This document shows, one piece after another, positions 1 through 13,672 of a stretch of 64,000 nucleotides of DNA; position 1 is the first letter of the stretch; every line of letters starts with the position of its first letter. The DNA comes from Antedon mediterranea. Taxonomy: Eukaryota > Animalia > Echinodermata. Both the position numbers and the translations under genes were made by a program. The notes below the pieces were generated by a model that did not search any database, was not told the origin of the DNA, and worked only from the letters and a program-made list of their open reading frames with translations. The stretch lies in contig NC_092674.1 in the NCBI RefSeq assembly GCF_964355755.1, positions 14,694,001-14,758,000 on the forward strand, given 5' to 3'.

Positions 1-1312
1 TATATATATTTGTGTGGTATTTATGAACTGTTTTTGTTTGAACCTACCATATTTTATTTACAATGACAATTTTAGTACAATATACATCCTTAGTAATACT
101 ACTACAGTACTATAGACTAGTAAGGATTAGGTGCCGTATTCGGCCACCTCGCGATTGATATGGACTGTACCATTATTATTATAGGTGTGTGGTGTATTGT
201 GTTTTATGTAGAGAAGGGTGTCTATTGAATTAAATGGGAAGACAATACAATTGTTCTGTTATGTAACTTAGACAGTAAAAACTATAAGGAACAATACAGA
301 ACATAAACTAGCAAGCATGTACTTTTGATAAGGTATTTTATTATTACAGTAGATACTGTGTTACGGAATGCTAAGATTTTGTAACAATATTACTATCTAA
401 TATACTTAGTACTATATATAAACTAAAGTAAATATTACAGTTTAATCAGAATCAAAACATATTAATTTAATTAATATTTATTGGAAGACACCAATCATCC
501 TCGTCATGGCGATATTATTAGTTCCGTTTTGCATTCGTTATTATAAAACGTTTTGATGCAAATACTGTTCAATTTTTTTAGAATCTGTATTTGTATTAAA
601 TCTCTATATATATGTAACAAAGGACGTAATTGTTTTAAATCGTTGCCGTTGGTGAAAAATGTTTTTGGTGATTGTGGTATTCGAATGGAAACTTTTGTTG
701 TCAATATAAAGATTTGAATGGTATATTTTAAATTTAAAACGAATTGAGCTCAACAGAAAGTCATTTCAACACAAATTGACAACGCAAGCTTTGTTGTTAA
801 GAGCAATCTCTACGCTCAAAATTCGGAAAAAACTGGTCAATATTGTAATTGAATATGACAATTGTGTTTATCTTTTGTATCCGTCAATTTTTCTATTTTT
901 ATTACTGAGCTAATTAAATTCATTATATGATGTGTGTACTATAAAAATATAGCCTGCTAATAGTTTATGACCGTGTTCGTACGGCGATTGAAATACACGT
1001 TTATTTGGTTTTTACCCTTGGGGTAAAACCCATACGACGTTCGTACGAATAAACAAAGTACCGGTAAGCTGACACGAAACCAATTAAGATCGGAATTCTT
1101 AGGTCAAAAAGCGCCCTCTGTGCGTCGACCCATATCAATTGACATGGCGTGTTGACAAATTCAACTGGATATTGCATGTCGTTTCGCGCGCGAATCGTTC
1201 AATTATTATTTTTCAATCGACAACCAGACCTATATATTTATAATACATCGAATACAATTTACTTTTTAAATAAATAATGATCGAAAATCCTGCTAACGTA
1301 TGTTGTTTGTTG

Positions 1313-1570
1313 ACCACGTGTGTTTATCGTGCGAGCCGAACTATTGTTGTGGAAATTCCATTTAATGTACACGCACTGTACCCCTCTTGTAAAAATCACC
1401 ACGTGTATTTATCGTGCGAGCCGAACTATTGTTGTGAAAATTCCATTTAATGTACACGCACTGTACCCCTCTTGTAAAAATCACCACGTGTATTCATCGT
1501 GCGAGCCGAACTATTGTTGTAAAAATTCCATTTAACACGCACTGTACCCCTCTTATCGTGCGAGCCGAAC
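1313..1570. repeat. Tandem repeat, 85-bp unit, about 3 copies
   Basis: ACCACGTG...TCGTGCGAGCCGAACTATTGTTGT...CACTGTACCCCTCTTGTAAAAATC recurs at 1313, 1398 and 1483, with a partial fourth copy. Confidence 0.9.
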
Positions 1571-2560
1571 GGTTGATGTGGTAATTCACAGACACCAGGC
1601 TACCACAATACAGAACTCCCTGACGTTACATGTACATTATAAGCCACCGATTCGCAAGTTCAGGTCACCGGAAAAAAACCAACGAGTTGATTATTTATAT
1701 ATAATTTTACAAAACAATAGATACATTCGCATTAACGAAAAAGAACATTTTAAACAATAATTGTTAAACAATCAGAAAGCTTATTTGAGGTCGCGATTTG
1801 ACATGATCCCGTTAACGCTTGATTAATTATACCCCGAGGCAGCGTGTAATTGGAATGGGATTGAAATAACCAGTAAAGTTGGTGGATTTTTCGTCCAGAT
1901 GGTTTTCTAATTTTTTATAGCCAGAGGCGTAAGTTAATTGCCACACGCGACCTCACAGTTGGAAGTACACGGTAGTTTCAGTCCCGTCCGAACGGGCCCT
2001 ATGTAATTATAATGTGTTGGTAGTCATAAAGGTTATATTATTTAAATAAAAAGAGCCAATCATTGTATAATTGTACATGTGGGTGGCGTTACAGGAAGTA
2101 TCACTGTAGGCCTACTGATTTGAAGTAAGTTATTATTTTATAGTTGAATTCTTCATCAGAAAATTGGTTAACACTTGCTTCTGCGTGGATGTAGCTTAAT
2201 AGTGTATGTGTTTTTTCTAATAGTCCTTTGTTTATTTTGTTACATGTTAAAATATTAACAGATTGGAAAACAAATATATTTTCTTTTATAAGTTCTTGGT
2301 TATTTAAGAAATATACTGGTAAAAAGGCTAGTAGTATTTGGTAGAAGATATTAGTCAGTTGGTGTGAAATAGATTAGAGAAAAATGTTGTTTATAATTTT
2401 TTGTTTGTTTTTGTGAAAGTATATAATAATTGATTAGGGAATACTATATTATGTCTTATAGGTTGTTGGCTTTTGGACAGTAACTGGGCCAGAGTTCAGT
2501 AGTGTTTATAGGTTTTTGTCAAAAATAAACACAGTTGGTAAGAAGTTAATATAAATGTAA

Positions 2561-3642
2561 GGGTGTCACGAAACCTAAGACCACGAAAGCTAAGACCCCC
2601 TAAGACCTAAGATCACGAAAGCTAAGACCCAAGACCTAAGATTACAAATATTTATCTTTCGCACCTGCCTTGTATTTTAACTCCCAACATTTATTCTGAA
2701 TACCACACCTTAGAATTGGCACTTTTATGAAAAAGAATCACATAAAAAGTAACAAATACATTTTTAAATTGATGATTTTACAGACGTTTTTCTCGCACAC
2801 AAACTGTTTGCGAATTTCGCATGACTAGCCAGTACAGTAGCAGTTGTTGGCCTACCATGTTCAATGTTTTTGTTTCTATGGAACGTCAAAAGAGCAAAAA
2901 TTATATAGAGGGCTGAAAACTCTGTGGAGTCTATCTACAGTGTAGATAGAACAATGTAAAATTAAAATTGTAATGATAATAGTATAATCATGCAAGTACG
3001 AAGAAATAAATACTGGCAAATAAATTTTAATTTAAAAATCATGATTTGTTTCGTTTTCTTTCTGTTTTTATACTTGTACTATTATTGTTGCTCTTTTGGC
3101 GCTCCATACAGTAGAAAGAAAAACATTGAGCATGGGGGGAGCTCGATGAGTTACAGTATACAAAGAAACATGTCTGTAAAATCATCAATTTAAAGGATTT
3201 ATTTATTTGTTTTTATGTGTTTCTCCGTCTGAAAGTACTTATAAATCCTAATTTTAAAGTGTGGTATTCAGGATAAAGTTATTCAACAAATTTGGAGTCA
3301 AAATACAAGAAAGGCAGGTGCGTAAGAAAAACATCCTCTGAACCAACACAATGGAGTAAATATATACCAACAAACAACCCGTCAAGTTTGTTTGTTGTAA
3401 AGAAAAAAATATACATTTACTCAATGGGCAAAAATAATGTGAGTTTATCTATGTTTTGCGGTAGTATTTAATTATTGTTATGGTAATAAATGAAACCTAC
3501 TGTGTTAAAAATTATGTATGGATAAACAAGTATTGTTTTTAAGCTGTAGTATATCTTAGAATTTTTAGTCTTGGGTCTTAGCTTTCGTGATCTTAGGTCT
3601 TAGGGGGTCTTAGCTTTCGTGGTCTTAGGTTTCGTGACACCC
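2561..3642. mobile_element. Non-autonomous TIR element (MITE), Mutator-like by TSD length
   Basis: ~80-bp TIRs GGGTGTCACGAAACCTAAGACC... / ...GGTCTTAGGTTTCGTGACACCC; 10-bp TSD ATAAATGTAA at 2551-2560 and 3643-3652; a second copy starts at 63688. Confidence 0.9.
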
Positions 3643-4400
3643 ATAAATGTAATTACTGTATAGCAATAACTATCTTTTGAAATTGAGTAAATGATGTTTT
3701 TGAAACGGATTTTGAATTGTTATAGCATTAACCAAATTGTTGTCAATACCACTAGTATATTTTTTAATATAGGGGTTGTCGCACGACTATTTAAAGCGGG
3801 GTTACCGAAAGAGGTCAGGGATGTTAACACTAAATATTTGAGTTCATTTTGTTAATTGACACCCCTAGATGGTTGGGAACTCTTGCGTAAAAATCATGAT
3901 AAATAGTACCTCTTGTTTGCTGGTAATGTCACTTCATGGTGCGCTCAAATAGGCGATTGTAGCCTATTTCTGAACCACACATAGTTAACAATATGATAAC
4001 ATTTTTTGCATATGCGAATGAGGGGAAATTGCTGATGAAACCTGTGGTACGGTAATGCATTTTAATAATTAATCAATTAATGTGAAAATGATTGTTATAT
4101 AAATAAATTGAGCAAAATGTTATGTTCTATTATTTAATGCTAAATAAAGTCGCTAGTTAAAACCACATTTTCCAAATTTCATTTATATTTTATCCATCAT
4201 TTATACTTATAGCTTATATATTTAAACCAGACTTAACATTTAAACGAAGTAAAGAATGATAGGAATTTGGTAGAAAGTACCATACTTTTCTCTTCTACTG
4301 GTATAACACTGTTATTTCAAAGTTCAGAACGTTCATAATTACTACAGAAATTTGGCGTAATATTTTGGATGAACAGCATTGAAATTGAACAGGGTACTAC

Positions 4401-6165
4401 TGTAACCCTCCAAATATACAAGACATAACGTCCGATAGAGGGCGGCAGAGAAAGAAGATAAAATAAGACCGAGCACATGTGTAGATATTATAGTATATAT
4501 TATATATTATATGTTATATTGGTGTCGTGACCAGTTTTCTTGTAATTTACATCGGCAAGACTACATCGAATCGCTGTAGCCTGACTCCAAACATTCACGC
4601 CACACAACACAGCACGGACTACGCCGTACGTTCGCTGTCTGTGGAGCCGTTCCGATACGCCGTACGGATAGTATACTCAGCTTGTCAGAATTTCATTTTA
4701 TTTATTTCGGATTGTCTACAATTAACGGTACAGTATATGATTTCATTCATACTTCGATCATCTTGTTACTGCAGTTACATACAGACATTAATTATTCGAG
4801 TACTGTGTAAGATTAAAAACGATCGACGTGTTTATACTTGCCCAGCCATAACCATGTGGGTAAGATCCTGTTCATTTTATATACTGTACATCGACACACG
4901 TTGCATTTTGAACTATTAGCAATGGCTACATCAAAAGAAGAGAATTTACCTCATATTCAACAGGATACCAAACAAATGCATTGCTCTGTTCCTGAAACCA
5001 CAAGATGTGGTAGAGTTGTTAGATTACCGAAAAGTTTTTAGAGTAACGGTTACTCTACAGTTTTATTTATTTATTTGTTTATTTCTTTATTCATTTTTTT
5101 TGCGCGGATGCAGATAAGGACAAGATATACGCAGAGGGTATGATTTTGCCGTGCGCGCGCGTAATTTTGTTTGCACAAGTGTTTGTTACAGTAGAACTAG
5201 AATAGATTTGTTTTATCCAGGTTTTTAGTTAGTGGTTGGGGGCCTCCTCCTGTTCCTGTTCAGTCATCGATCTACATTTACAGTCAAAATATGTTTTCAT
5301 CAGCCTGATTATTCCAGAATATTTTGAGATTGTTTATTGTGTTTTTATTGATTATGTTTGAAGATGGCCTGTACTGTATGCTGTTCATACAGTATGTATG
5401 TGTATGTTTTATTGATTGTCAGTTTATAAGGTACGCTGTTCGTATGTTATTTAGACAGAGAATGAGTTTGAATGAATGTTTTGTTTTGTTTCGTATGCAG
5501 TTCATATGTTGCAGGTAGAGGTGCTGATGTACGCTTTCGTATATTATATGATTGGAGTTTTTATTTTTATTGTTGCAGGGAGTGATAGATTTTTTTTTTT
5601 TGTGGAGAATGTAGAATTGGTAGAGAGACTTTTATTTTAGATTGAGACCAATCAGATGTTACCAAGTAACCTACCAATTTACCAATCACCACACCTACCA
5701 ATAAAGTTAGCAAGTTACCAATCACCACACCTACCAATCAAGTTAGCAAGTTACCAATCACCAAACACGTTTACCAATTACCAATCCTTTGACACAGATG
5801 TCCACTTGATGTTATTTAATATACAATTGCTAAAATAACCTATATCAAACTATTCATAATATGGATTGGATATGGATAAGTACTAATTTAATGTTCCGAA
5901 TAATACTGTAATTATTCTTTCATTTGAAGAAGTGGGACACTTCTCAGTGAGAGGGGGAATAATGTAACCCTCCAAATATACAAGACATAACGTCCGATAG
6001 AGGGCGGCAGAGAAAGAAGATAAAATAAGACCGAGCACATGTGTAGATATAAAAGGAGTGAGAATAAAACATCTAAGATCACTATACATATTTGAAGTGT
6101 GTATTTTCATTATTATTGGAGTCCGGAACATAACATAAAATATCAAGTATATATTATATGTTATA
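4401..6165 (+). mobile_element. Internally deleted, non-autonomous Gypsy-like LTR element (TRIM-like)
   Basis: LTRs at 4401-4518 (internally deleted) and 5963-6165, both TGTAACCC...GTTATA; 4-bp TSD CTAC; PBS-like TGGTGTCGTGACC at 4520; PPT GAGAGGGGGAA just before the 3' LTR; integrase C-terminal-like remnant TTRCGRVVRLP at ~5000. Confidence 0.85.
5657..5790. repeat. Short tandem repeat (~39-bp unit, ACCAAT-rich) inside the LTR element
   Basis: ACCAATCACCACACCTACCAAT(A/C)AAGTTAGCAAGTT repeated. Confidence 0.75.
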
Positions 6166-7107
6166 CTACTACTATACAGAAATACCAAACTATATGGAAA
6201 ATTTTGTTTTTTGGACAATCAATTAGAAAAAAAAAAGAAGAAAATTAGGAAACCTCTGCCCGCTAAAATGCAATCATTATGGATAAATTGATTTTTCCCA
6301 TATGATGAGATTTTGGGAAACACAAAGTGTGTTGGCCTCCTTATTAATGGTGCAGCACAAGCATTCTGTGTATCGATACATGCCTGGTATTGGTCTGGTG
6401 TTGAATTTTTACGCTGTAGTATGCCAATTTACTAATAAATTGAGGACGGTACTAAAATTTGGTAATATGTTGTCCTTTTTTTTGTAGAGTCAGTGGAAGA
6501 ACAGATACTGCCCTGTGAATAGTGAGGATAAAGAAGACTACAGTATCTGTGATTAAAATACATTGTGGCTCATTTCTGTGAGTGTAGGATTGTTATGTTT
6601 ATTGCAGTGATGTACTATTAATTTAGTGTGCGTCAACTTTTTTGTGGGTGGTATTTTGTGGTCTATGAAACTAATGTCTACTTATATTTGTTTCTATGTT
6701 TCCTTTTTTATTTACTTAAAGTTAATTTTAAATATTTGGAAACTTGGATGAAATGATTAATAATTTGTTCAATGTAGAGTGTGAATGGATATTGTATACA
6801 AACTAAATTTCAATTTACTATAGTAACAGAGAAAACACCCGCCCCTGAAATACTCAAAATTTGAATTGGATGATGACTAAGTATTAAATGTTAAATACTT
6901 TTGAGTTTGGAAACATGGATGAAATTATTAATGTTTTGTTCAGTGTAGAATGTGAAGTGGTAAAAGCCTCATTTTTTGCTGGTCTGTAAAATTGCTTCAA
7001 GATTTTGTAATCTTACATTGAGTTATAATGTGTTTTTGTATTGTTTGTCTAAAGGACATTTTTATGTTTATTTATATGTTGACAGTTATTTTTTTTTTTT
7101 TTTTAGA

Positions 7108-8516
7108 TTCCTGAATGTGAAAGTAACAGCAATAGCCACATTTAATTGCACAATTTGCTAAAATTTCATAGCATAATTGTGTAATACGTTTAAAAGGGAC
7201 TAAATATTTCTTGGAATACTTAAAAGATAGAAATTATATAGTGGAATTTGATTAAAAGGTATAACTAGATTTATTAAATTTTGAAGACTATAAGTATTTA
7301 ATCAATATAATTTGGAAAACATATACAAAGATAATATTATAGAGAAATAGATCTTGAAATAGATGAATATACTATAAATTTGAAATAAATGTAAAAATTA
7401 GACATTTCTTTATATCTGTTTGGTGTAGAGCAATAAATTGGGAATATTTACATACAGTAAATAATAATAATATTGAAAAGAAAATTTTAAGCAGAAGTTT
7501 GATTAAAGAATATTAGACAATATTTACAAAATTACTTTTCAGAAGTAAATTTGAAGCAGAAGCTTTACAGATAAAAATTAATAAGAGAATAACAAAGCTA
7601 AAATTGACAGAAAATATTTACAGAAATACTTTCCAATAAAGTTCGAGCAGAAGCTTGAGAGAAGAAAATTAATAAGAGAATATTACAGACAAAATTTACA
7701 GCATTTCTTTGCAGAAGCAAAGTTCTAGCAGAAGCTTAAGAGAAGAGAAATAATAAGAGAACATTACAGAGAATTTTTACACAGAATTGTTTTGCAGAAG
7801 CAAATTTAAAGTAGGAGTTTGAAAGAAGAGAAATAATTATTAAAACAATTTAAAAAAAATAAGAAACACTAAAAAAAGATCTGAAAGAAATAAAAGACAA
7901 AATCACAAAATTCGAATGAGGATGAAACGTTCAAATGAAACTACACAGAATGTGGAAAAGAAACAGAAATTAAAGAAACATGATAAAGTGGATGCACAAC
8001 GAAATGAATATCAAAATGATTCTGTATATAAAGAGGATAAGAAACGTAAAAGTAAAGAGGCATACAAAATAAAATATGTTAATGACGATTCTAAATGTTA
8101 TAAAAGAAAAAGAAATAGAGAAAGACAAGAGAAAGCGTACAGATGTAATCCCAATTATAATCTCAAAATACGAAATAAGGCGAGACAAAATTACAAAATG
8201 AATTTGGATTATCGAACAACGAAAAAATTCTAAAGTGTTGAGAACTATAAAAAAAAATGAAAAATTTAGCCAAAAATTAAGAGAAACAAGGAAAAACAGA
8301 TATCACAATGATTTAATATTTAGAGAAAACTTTAAAAAAAAGAATAAACAAAACATGGCACAAAAGTATCGGAATAATTTACCATTCAGAAAAAACCTAA
8401 GTAAAAAACTAGCAGCAAAGTATCGAACTAATTCAACTTTCAGACAAAACCTGCGTAACAAACTAGCACAAAAGTATCGTAATAATTCCACATTCAGACA
8501 AAACTTGAAGCAGAGT
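7108..8516 (+). pseudogene. Helentron polyprotein N-terminal K/R-rich repeat region (degraded)
   Basis: Repeats such as KLAQKYRNNSTFRQNL; the frame continues across the 8517-21087 insertion (NLKQS|GSQRITDKHQRDIKFKQNMNRRFTNKYHSDSVFRKN); start position approximate. Confidence 0.7.
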
Positions 8517-8650
8517 GAGTGTTGACAAAGTGCGAGGCAGCGAGGCACGCCAAATATTTGTGCGAGGCATCATTTTATCATTTCCAAAAGTTCGAGGCAT
8601 GCGAGGCATATAGTTTACAATTTCAAAAAGGTGCGAGGCATATCTTAACG
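8517..8650 (+). repeat. Outer left TIR with tandem (T)GCGAGGCA motifs
   Basis: About 6 CGAGGCA motifs; inverted match to 20960-21087. Confidence 0.9.
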
Positions 8651-9532
8651 TGCTATTATGCTATATTACAGGTCTAATAATCAATCGATACAAGCGTATC
8701 TAAATAGATTCGTGTATACACTCATCATGTTGTTTATTTTTATAATATCGTGTCAAATTTTACTTTTACAAAAGTGCCCAAACTACGGTTCAAAAATCTG
8801 AACGACAGTCTTCAACTTTCGATAAACAATAATTGTTATAGCGACACACTCATCAAATGACTGCAATGTTTGTTGGCATTTCGAGCGTGTTCACTCACAT
8901 GTCTCTCGAACATAGCAGAGTGAAAATAATATTTTGTCACACCCCTGCGCCTAGATCCGGTAGACCCGAGAGATGGAAAATCCCTCTTTACTATTTAGCA
9001 GGTAGCGGGATTCAGCCCTCAGCTCAGAGGATTGTGGTGCATTCCCCTCCTATAGCACGTGGTTTCAGCAGCAACGCACAGACTTCTCTCTGAGCGGCGT
9101 GCCAAAGACATTTTTGACATTCCGTTCTCTAGGAACAACACGTGTACCTCTCTCGCAAATAAGGTGAACAGCGATTACCAGGACAAGTTCAATAACTGGC
9201 GGTGAATAAAAGGTAACTGATATGCCGATCCAATAACATGCCGCAAAGAAAAAAATTGCAACAGAATTCTGGAGCGCGTGTGAAAAAAGACTTACGTCCG
9301 ACAATTGTAATACTAGGCCTAAAATTAAACTTTAGCTAATATGCTTAGCCCTAACCTAGATAAGAGGCCTATGTAGAAAATAATTTAATCAATTTTTATA
9401 TAATAATAATTGGTGTAATATTTAATAATGATACACTATTCCTGTTTTAGTAAGCTAGGTATATTATGAACGATTTTTATTTATTGTTGTCCATGTACGT
9501 ACTAATAAACCTGGCGCTATCTTTCTTCCTTC

Positions 9533-9670
9533 GAGTGTTGACAAAGTGCGAGGCAGCGAGGCATGCGAGGCAAGCAGAATATTTGTGCGAGGCATCGTTT
9601 TATCATTTCCAAAAGTGCGAGGCATGTATTTTAAAATTTCAAAAACGCGCGAGGCATATCTTAACATGCT
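9533..9670 (+). repeat. Second (inner) left TIR of the Mutator-like element
   Basis: GAGTGTTGACAAAGTGCGAGGCAGCGAGGCA..., near-identical start to 8517. Confidence 0.9.
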
Positions 9671-10319
9671 ACTATTTATTAATAGATTTTTATAACATAG
9701 GCCTATGCTATATCATTAGAAATAAAAATGAATAAATAAATAAATATTAATCATGTTGTCAAATTATTTGTGTTCATTTTTACAACAGTGCCCTAAACTG
9801 TTCTCAAGTTGTGTGTGGATAGCTGCCATCCGTATGTGCCTTTTTTTTATTCACCGACAGTATTTCGACGATTTCTGTAGTTGCTATATACTATAGTAGA
9901 ATAATCAACCTTAAATGACTCAGTGCTTATTATTGGCATGAGGTCGTATCGGTTATCATACGGACATGCTTCGTGCTCCCAGTTTTTAAAATTTCCTCTA
10001 GAGTTACCAAAAAAGTTAAAATGTTTTGATATTTCTTTATGTACGCACGGTGCTGGTCTTTAAAGAAAACAGCACGTGTTATTAACACTGTCCGGCCATA
10101 TGCGGGAGAATATTTATTGATTATTTTTTCCTTACTTCACAATGATTTTAGTTTCATATTGGTTAGTCCGGGTAATAACCTCCAAAAGCAACCCGACCCA
10201 CCTCCCTTTTAACTTCAGCATGTATGGGAACGCAAAACCATGGCGGCGGCGAATAATGGTAACCGATATGCCGATCAAAGAACATGCCGCAAAGATTAGA
10301 AAGAGGCTAATGATTGGCG

Positions 10320-11659
10320 ATGGCGAATAAAAATGTCTGCGCGAAAGAACTCCGGAGCTCTGAAGACCGTCATTTCATAATACAAGGTCGATATCCGAAG
10401 ATGTCTAACCGGGTGTTGTGCCTTCTCGAAGCAAAAGAGCGAGGACTTACTTTGAAAGCTGACCCACCGGGGAATGAAAACCGGTGTTTTTACCAATGCT
10501 TAGCTGCACTTTTTTCGATAGAAAAAGAGGAAGTTTTTGATTTAATTCGGGACTACCTTTTACAAAATCGGTATGTCAATTCAATTGAAAATGTAAGTGT
10601 GTCGTGCTTTCAGTTTTATTTTATTAATAATATAATTATTTATTTAAATTATACTGTATTCATTCGGCGGGGATGAAATTATTGCTATTGGCTTATGGAA
10701 CGCCTGGGTGTGTTCATAATGTATTTAACATGGTCTTTATTGAGAACAAGAGGCTTAAGGAGTACCCAGGCTTATGGAGTACCCAGGCTTATGCCAGCTT
10801 TACTGACCATCCTCTTTTACTCATTGCCTAGATTAGTAGTAGCCGATTTTTTGTTTGTAAAAATCAGGGAAGAATTCAATGTATTTTAAAGGTTTCATCA
10901 ATTTTATTTCAATGTTCAATGCATAACATAGGAAAAAAACTTGAATCAAAATAAATATATATAATTAAATAAAATGAGATAATTAGTGACTTTTTAATTG
11001 AACATAGGGCACATGCAGTTAAGCAAGACCTTCTGCAATTTTTTTCAAATGCTGATTTTCCAAACTTGGAAGAATGCCCATGTACATGGGAAGATTGTGT
11101 GATAGGCCTGTGTCAGCAAATGGCTAACCATGTTGTCATTAGAGCTGCTGCAACAATATTTTGCATTAATTGTAAAATTGTTGATTGGAAAGGGGTATGT
11201 GTATAGACATTTTTGCTTTCTAAAAATTAATGTATCAAACAAATCTAAATAATAAATATAAAATTATACTTTATAGGGCATGTATTTAACATGATAAGAA
11301 ATTGTTAAAAAAATTAAATTAAAAAAATTATAATGTACAGAACAAAATTGTATTTAGTTTATTGCATTTAAACACTTTTGCTAATATCCAGACAAACTCA
11401 TCAGGCATTCTTAAATCTGTTTACTTGCTGAAAAGTAATGTTGTTTCTTTTAATTAGTTTGTTTTATTCTTGTTATCAGATTTTATTTTTAATTACTTTT
11501 TCTCTTCTTCTCAATAGAGAATGACAGTTGCAGTTCCATTTGGTAACCTTGGATGTGGAAACTCAGATGTTTACTTTGCATATACTGGGAATCATTACAT
11601 GTTGCTAACAGAAGTTGGGTGTCCAGTTGTATCCAAATGTGACGAGGGAAACCGTGCAG
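10320..11659 (+). CDS. Spliced OTU-like cysteine protease domain (exons ~10320-10570, 11008-11194, 11518-11659); 5' part of the MULE gene
   Basis: In-phase GT-AG joins give PPGNENRCFYQCL (Cys box), WEDC..QMANHVVIRAAATIFCINCKIV and VYFAYTGNHY (His box), the OTU motif order. Confidence 0.7.
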
Positions 11660-12015
11660 GTTAGTCTTAAGTTTTAGAATTTTTATCTACGATTATACTG
11701 TGTGTAATAATATTAAAAAATGTACTGACATTTCTTAAAGTCTTACAACATCCAATAGAACAGAATGAATGATATTGAGCTGAATAATATGATTGTATAG
11801 TTTATATACATTAAACACTTTTTGAATTATTTTTTTAACTATTATCTACAATTTCAAGACAGAGATTAAAAATTAGCACTGATGAAGTCAGCAAATCTTC
11901 TTAAAGTTACGAGTATTTAAAAGATAATTGTCTTATGAATTGCCTATATTTTTACTTTTTTAGGCCAACTTTAGAAATTGTTATGGGATAATATTGTATG
12001 TTTTTGTATTTACAG

Positions 12016-13641
12016 AATCTGTGGAAAAACACACAAAAACAGAGAGGCACAAAAAAGCCAAGATATTTGAGCATTTTGGTCCAGAAGAATACAATCCTGG
12101 TCTCAGTGTTTTTAAAGGCAGGGCATTAGTGGTAAATTTTGTAATTTTGTGTTTATTTGGTTTATGAATAATTGCTTTTGAAAGCCCAGATGCAGATAGG
12201 CCTATAAAATTGAAAATACTGATATAAGATGATATTGATTATGAGTTTCCAAAAACGTTTTTGTTGTTTTCTTTAAGATACAGTGTAGCTTTTAGAACAT
12301 TTACAAATGTGTCTTTTTGTTTATTAGTGTACAGTATGAATTTTTTTGGTAAATTTACCAGGAAGGAGAGAAATTAGTTTTGTATAATACAGTATGCATA
12401 CTTTTATCATATTTCTAAATACCTTATGTATTTATTTCACACATACCCACTATTGAAATATTCATAATCTGTCTTTATCTCTCGAATTTATATATTAATG
12501 TACTATATTACATTTTTTTAAATCGAAAACTTGGCTTATTTTGTATTTTCAGCTTGATGAAATATTAATATCAAGTGGAGATGAAAGTGTTTGTGATAGT
12601 GTAAATCAGGTAAGTTGCAGTAACTAATCATTGTAATTTTACAATTCATTAATACCACATCTGTACTTAAATTTGTAAATACCCTACCGTATATTTCGGT
12701 GTATAAGTCGCACCTGTGTATAAGACGCACCCCCAACTGAGAGTAAAATATCGGTATTTTTTATATCGTCGATGTATAAGACGCACCTTATATTTCATCA
12801 AAACAATGTTTTTTTAAATTGTAATCAATATTATTGTAATAATATATTTTGTTATATCTACAACGGCGTCCTTTATTTAGGTTTTTTCTTACCTAGGCTC
12901 GGCCGCGCCCAGCCTCAACAAGTTCTTTCTAACTTGTTAGTCATGAGTTTCACCGCAACATCGAGTGCATGACCGTGTAACACGCACGTGTGTGGGCTAG
13001 CCTCGCTCGATCATTTCGAGAGGGCGCACGTTTTCACGGACAATCGTATTCGATTAGTATCTGTGTATCCGAGAAGTGTGTACGCTAGGTCCATGCTATA
13101 ATCACCTGGAGAATATACTAGTCGAATACCGTACACCATGTGCCACCAAAAGAAAGGCTTGCGCTTGGGGTACGGCGATCGTGCGTATAACTACTGTATA
13201 AATACATACTATTCCAATCGTACGACGTAAACGTTTACAAATGAAATTTTATCGGAGCGCCATAATGAACAAATCTTTTCATCATATTTAGAATAACATC
13301 ATGCTAAAATGACTTGAAAACTAGGCCTAGGCAGAAGCAGGTTGCCGTTACGTTAGTTAGTTACTGTAGCTAGGCCTAGGCCTAGCCTACTCAGGCCTAG
13401 CAAACGAGGTGACGATAGCCTAGGCCTATGTACAATCTGTGTGGTGAGGCATTTATGTTCGGTGTATAAGACGCACCCTTAATTTAGAGGTCAAATTTGC
13501 GTGTCAAAAGTGCGACTTATACACCGAAATATACGGTATATAGAATTCTATTGCATTTAGGGATCATATTCAAAATATTCTACTGCAGGGCTATAATAAT
13601 ACAAAGCTAACAATTGCAGTACTGCAATGATAATTTCAGTA

Positions 13642-13672
<31 letters not shown>

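Noticed and set aside
400-720. Minus-strand ORF 504-704, possibly a LINE C-terminal remnant
   Set aside because: Too degraded for a supported call
1005-1032. Hairpin GGTTTTTACCC-TTG-GGGTAAAACC as the 5' end of the large Helentron
   Set aside because: It looks like a HINE 5' end, but I found no matching 3' sub-TIR near 28 kb
12772-12972. 66-aa ORF conserved at 59980-60180
   Set aside because: Conservation is explained by near-identical MITE copies; no protein motif
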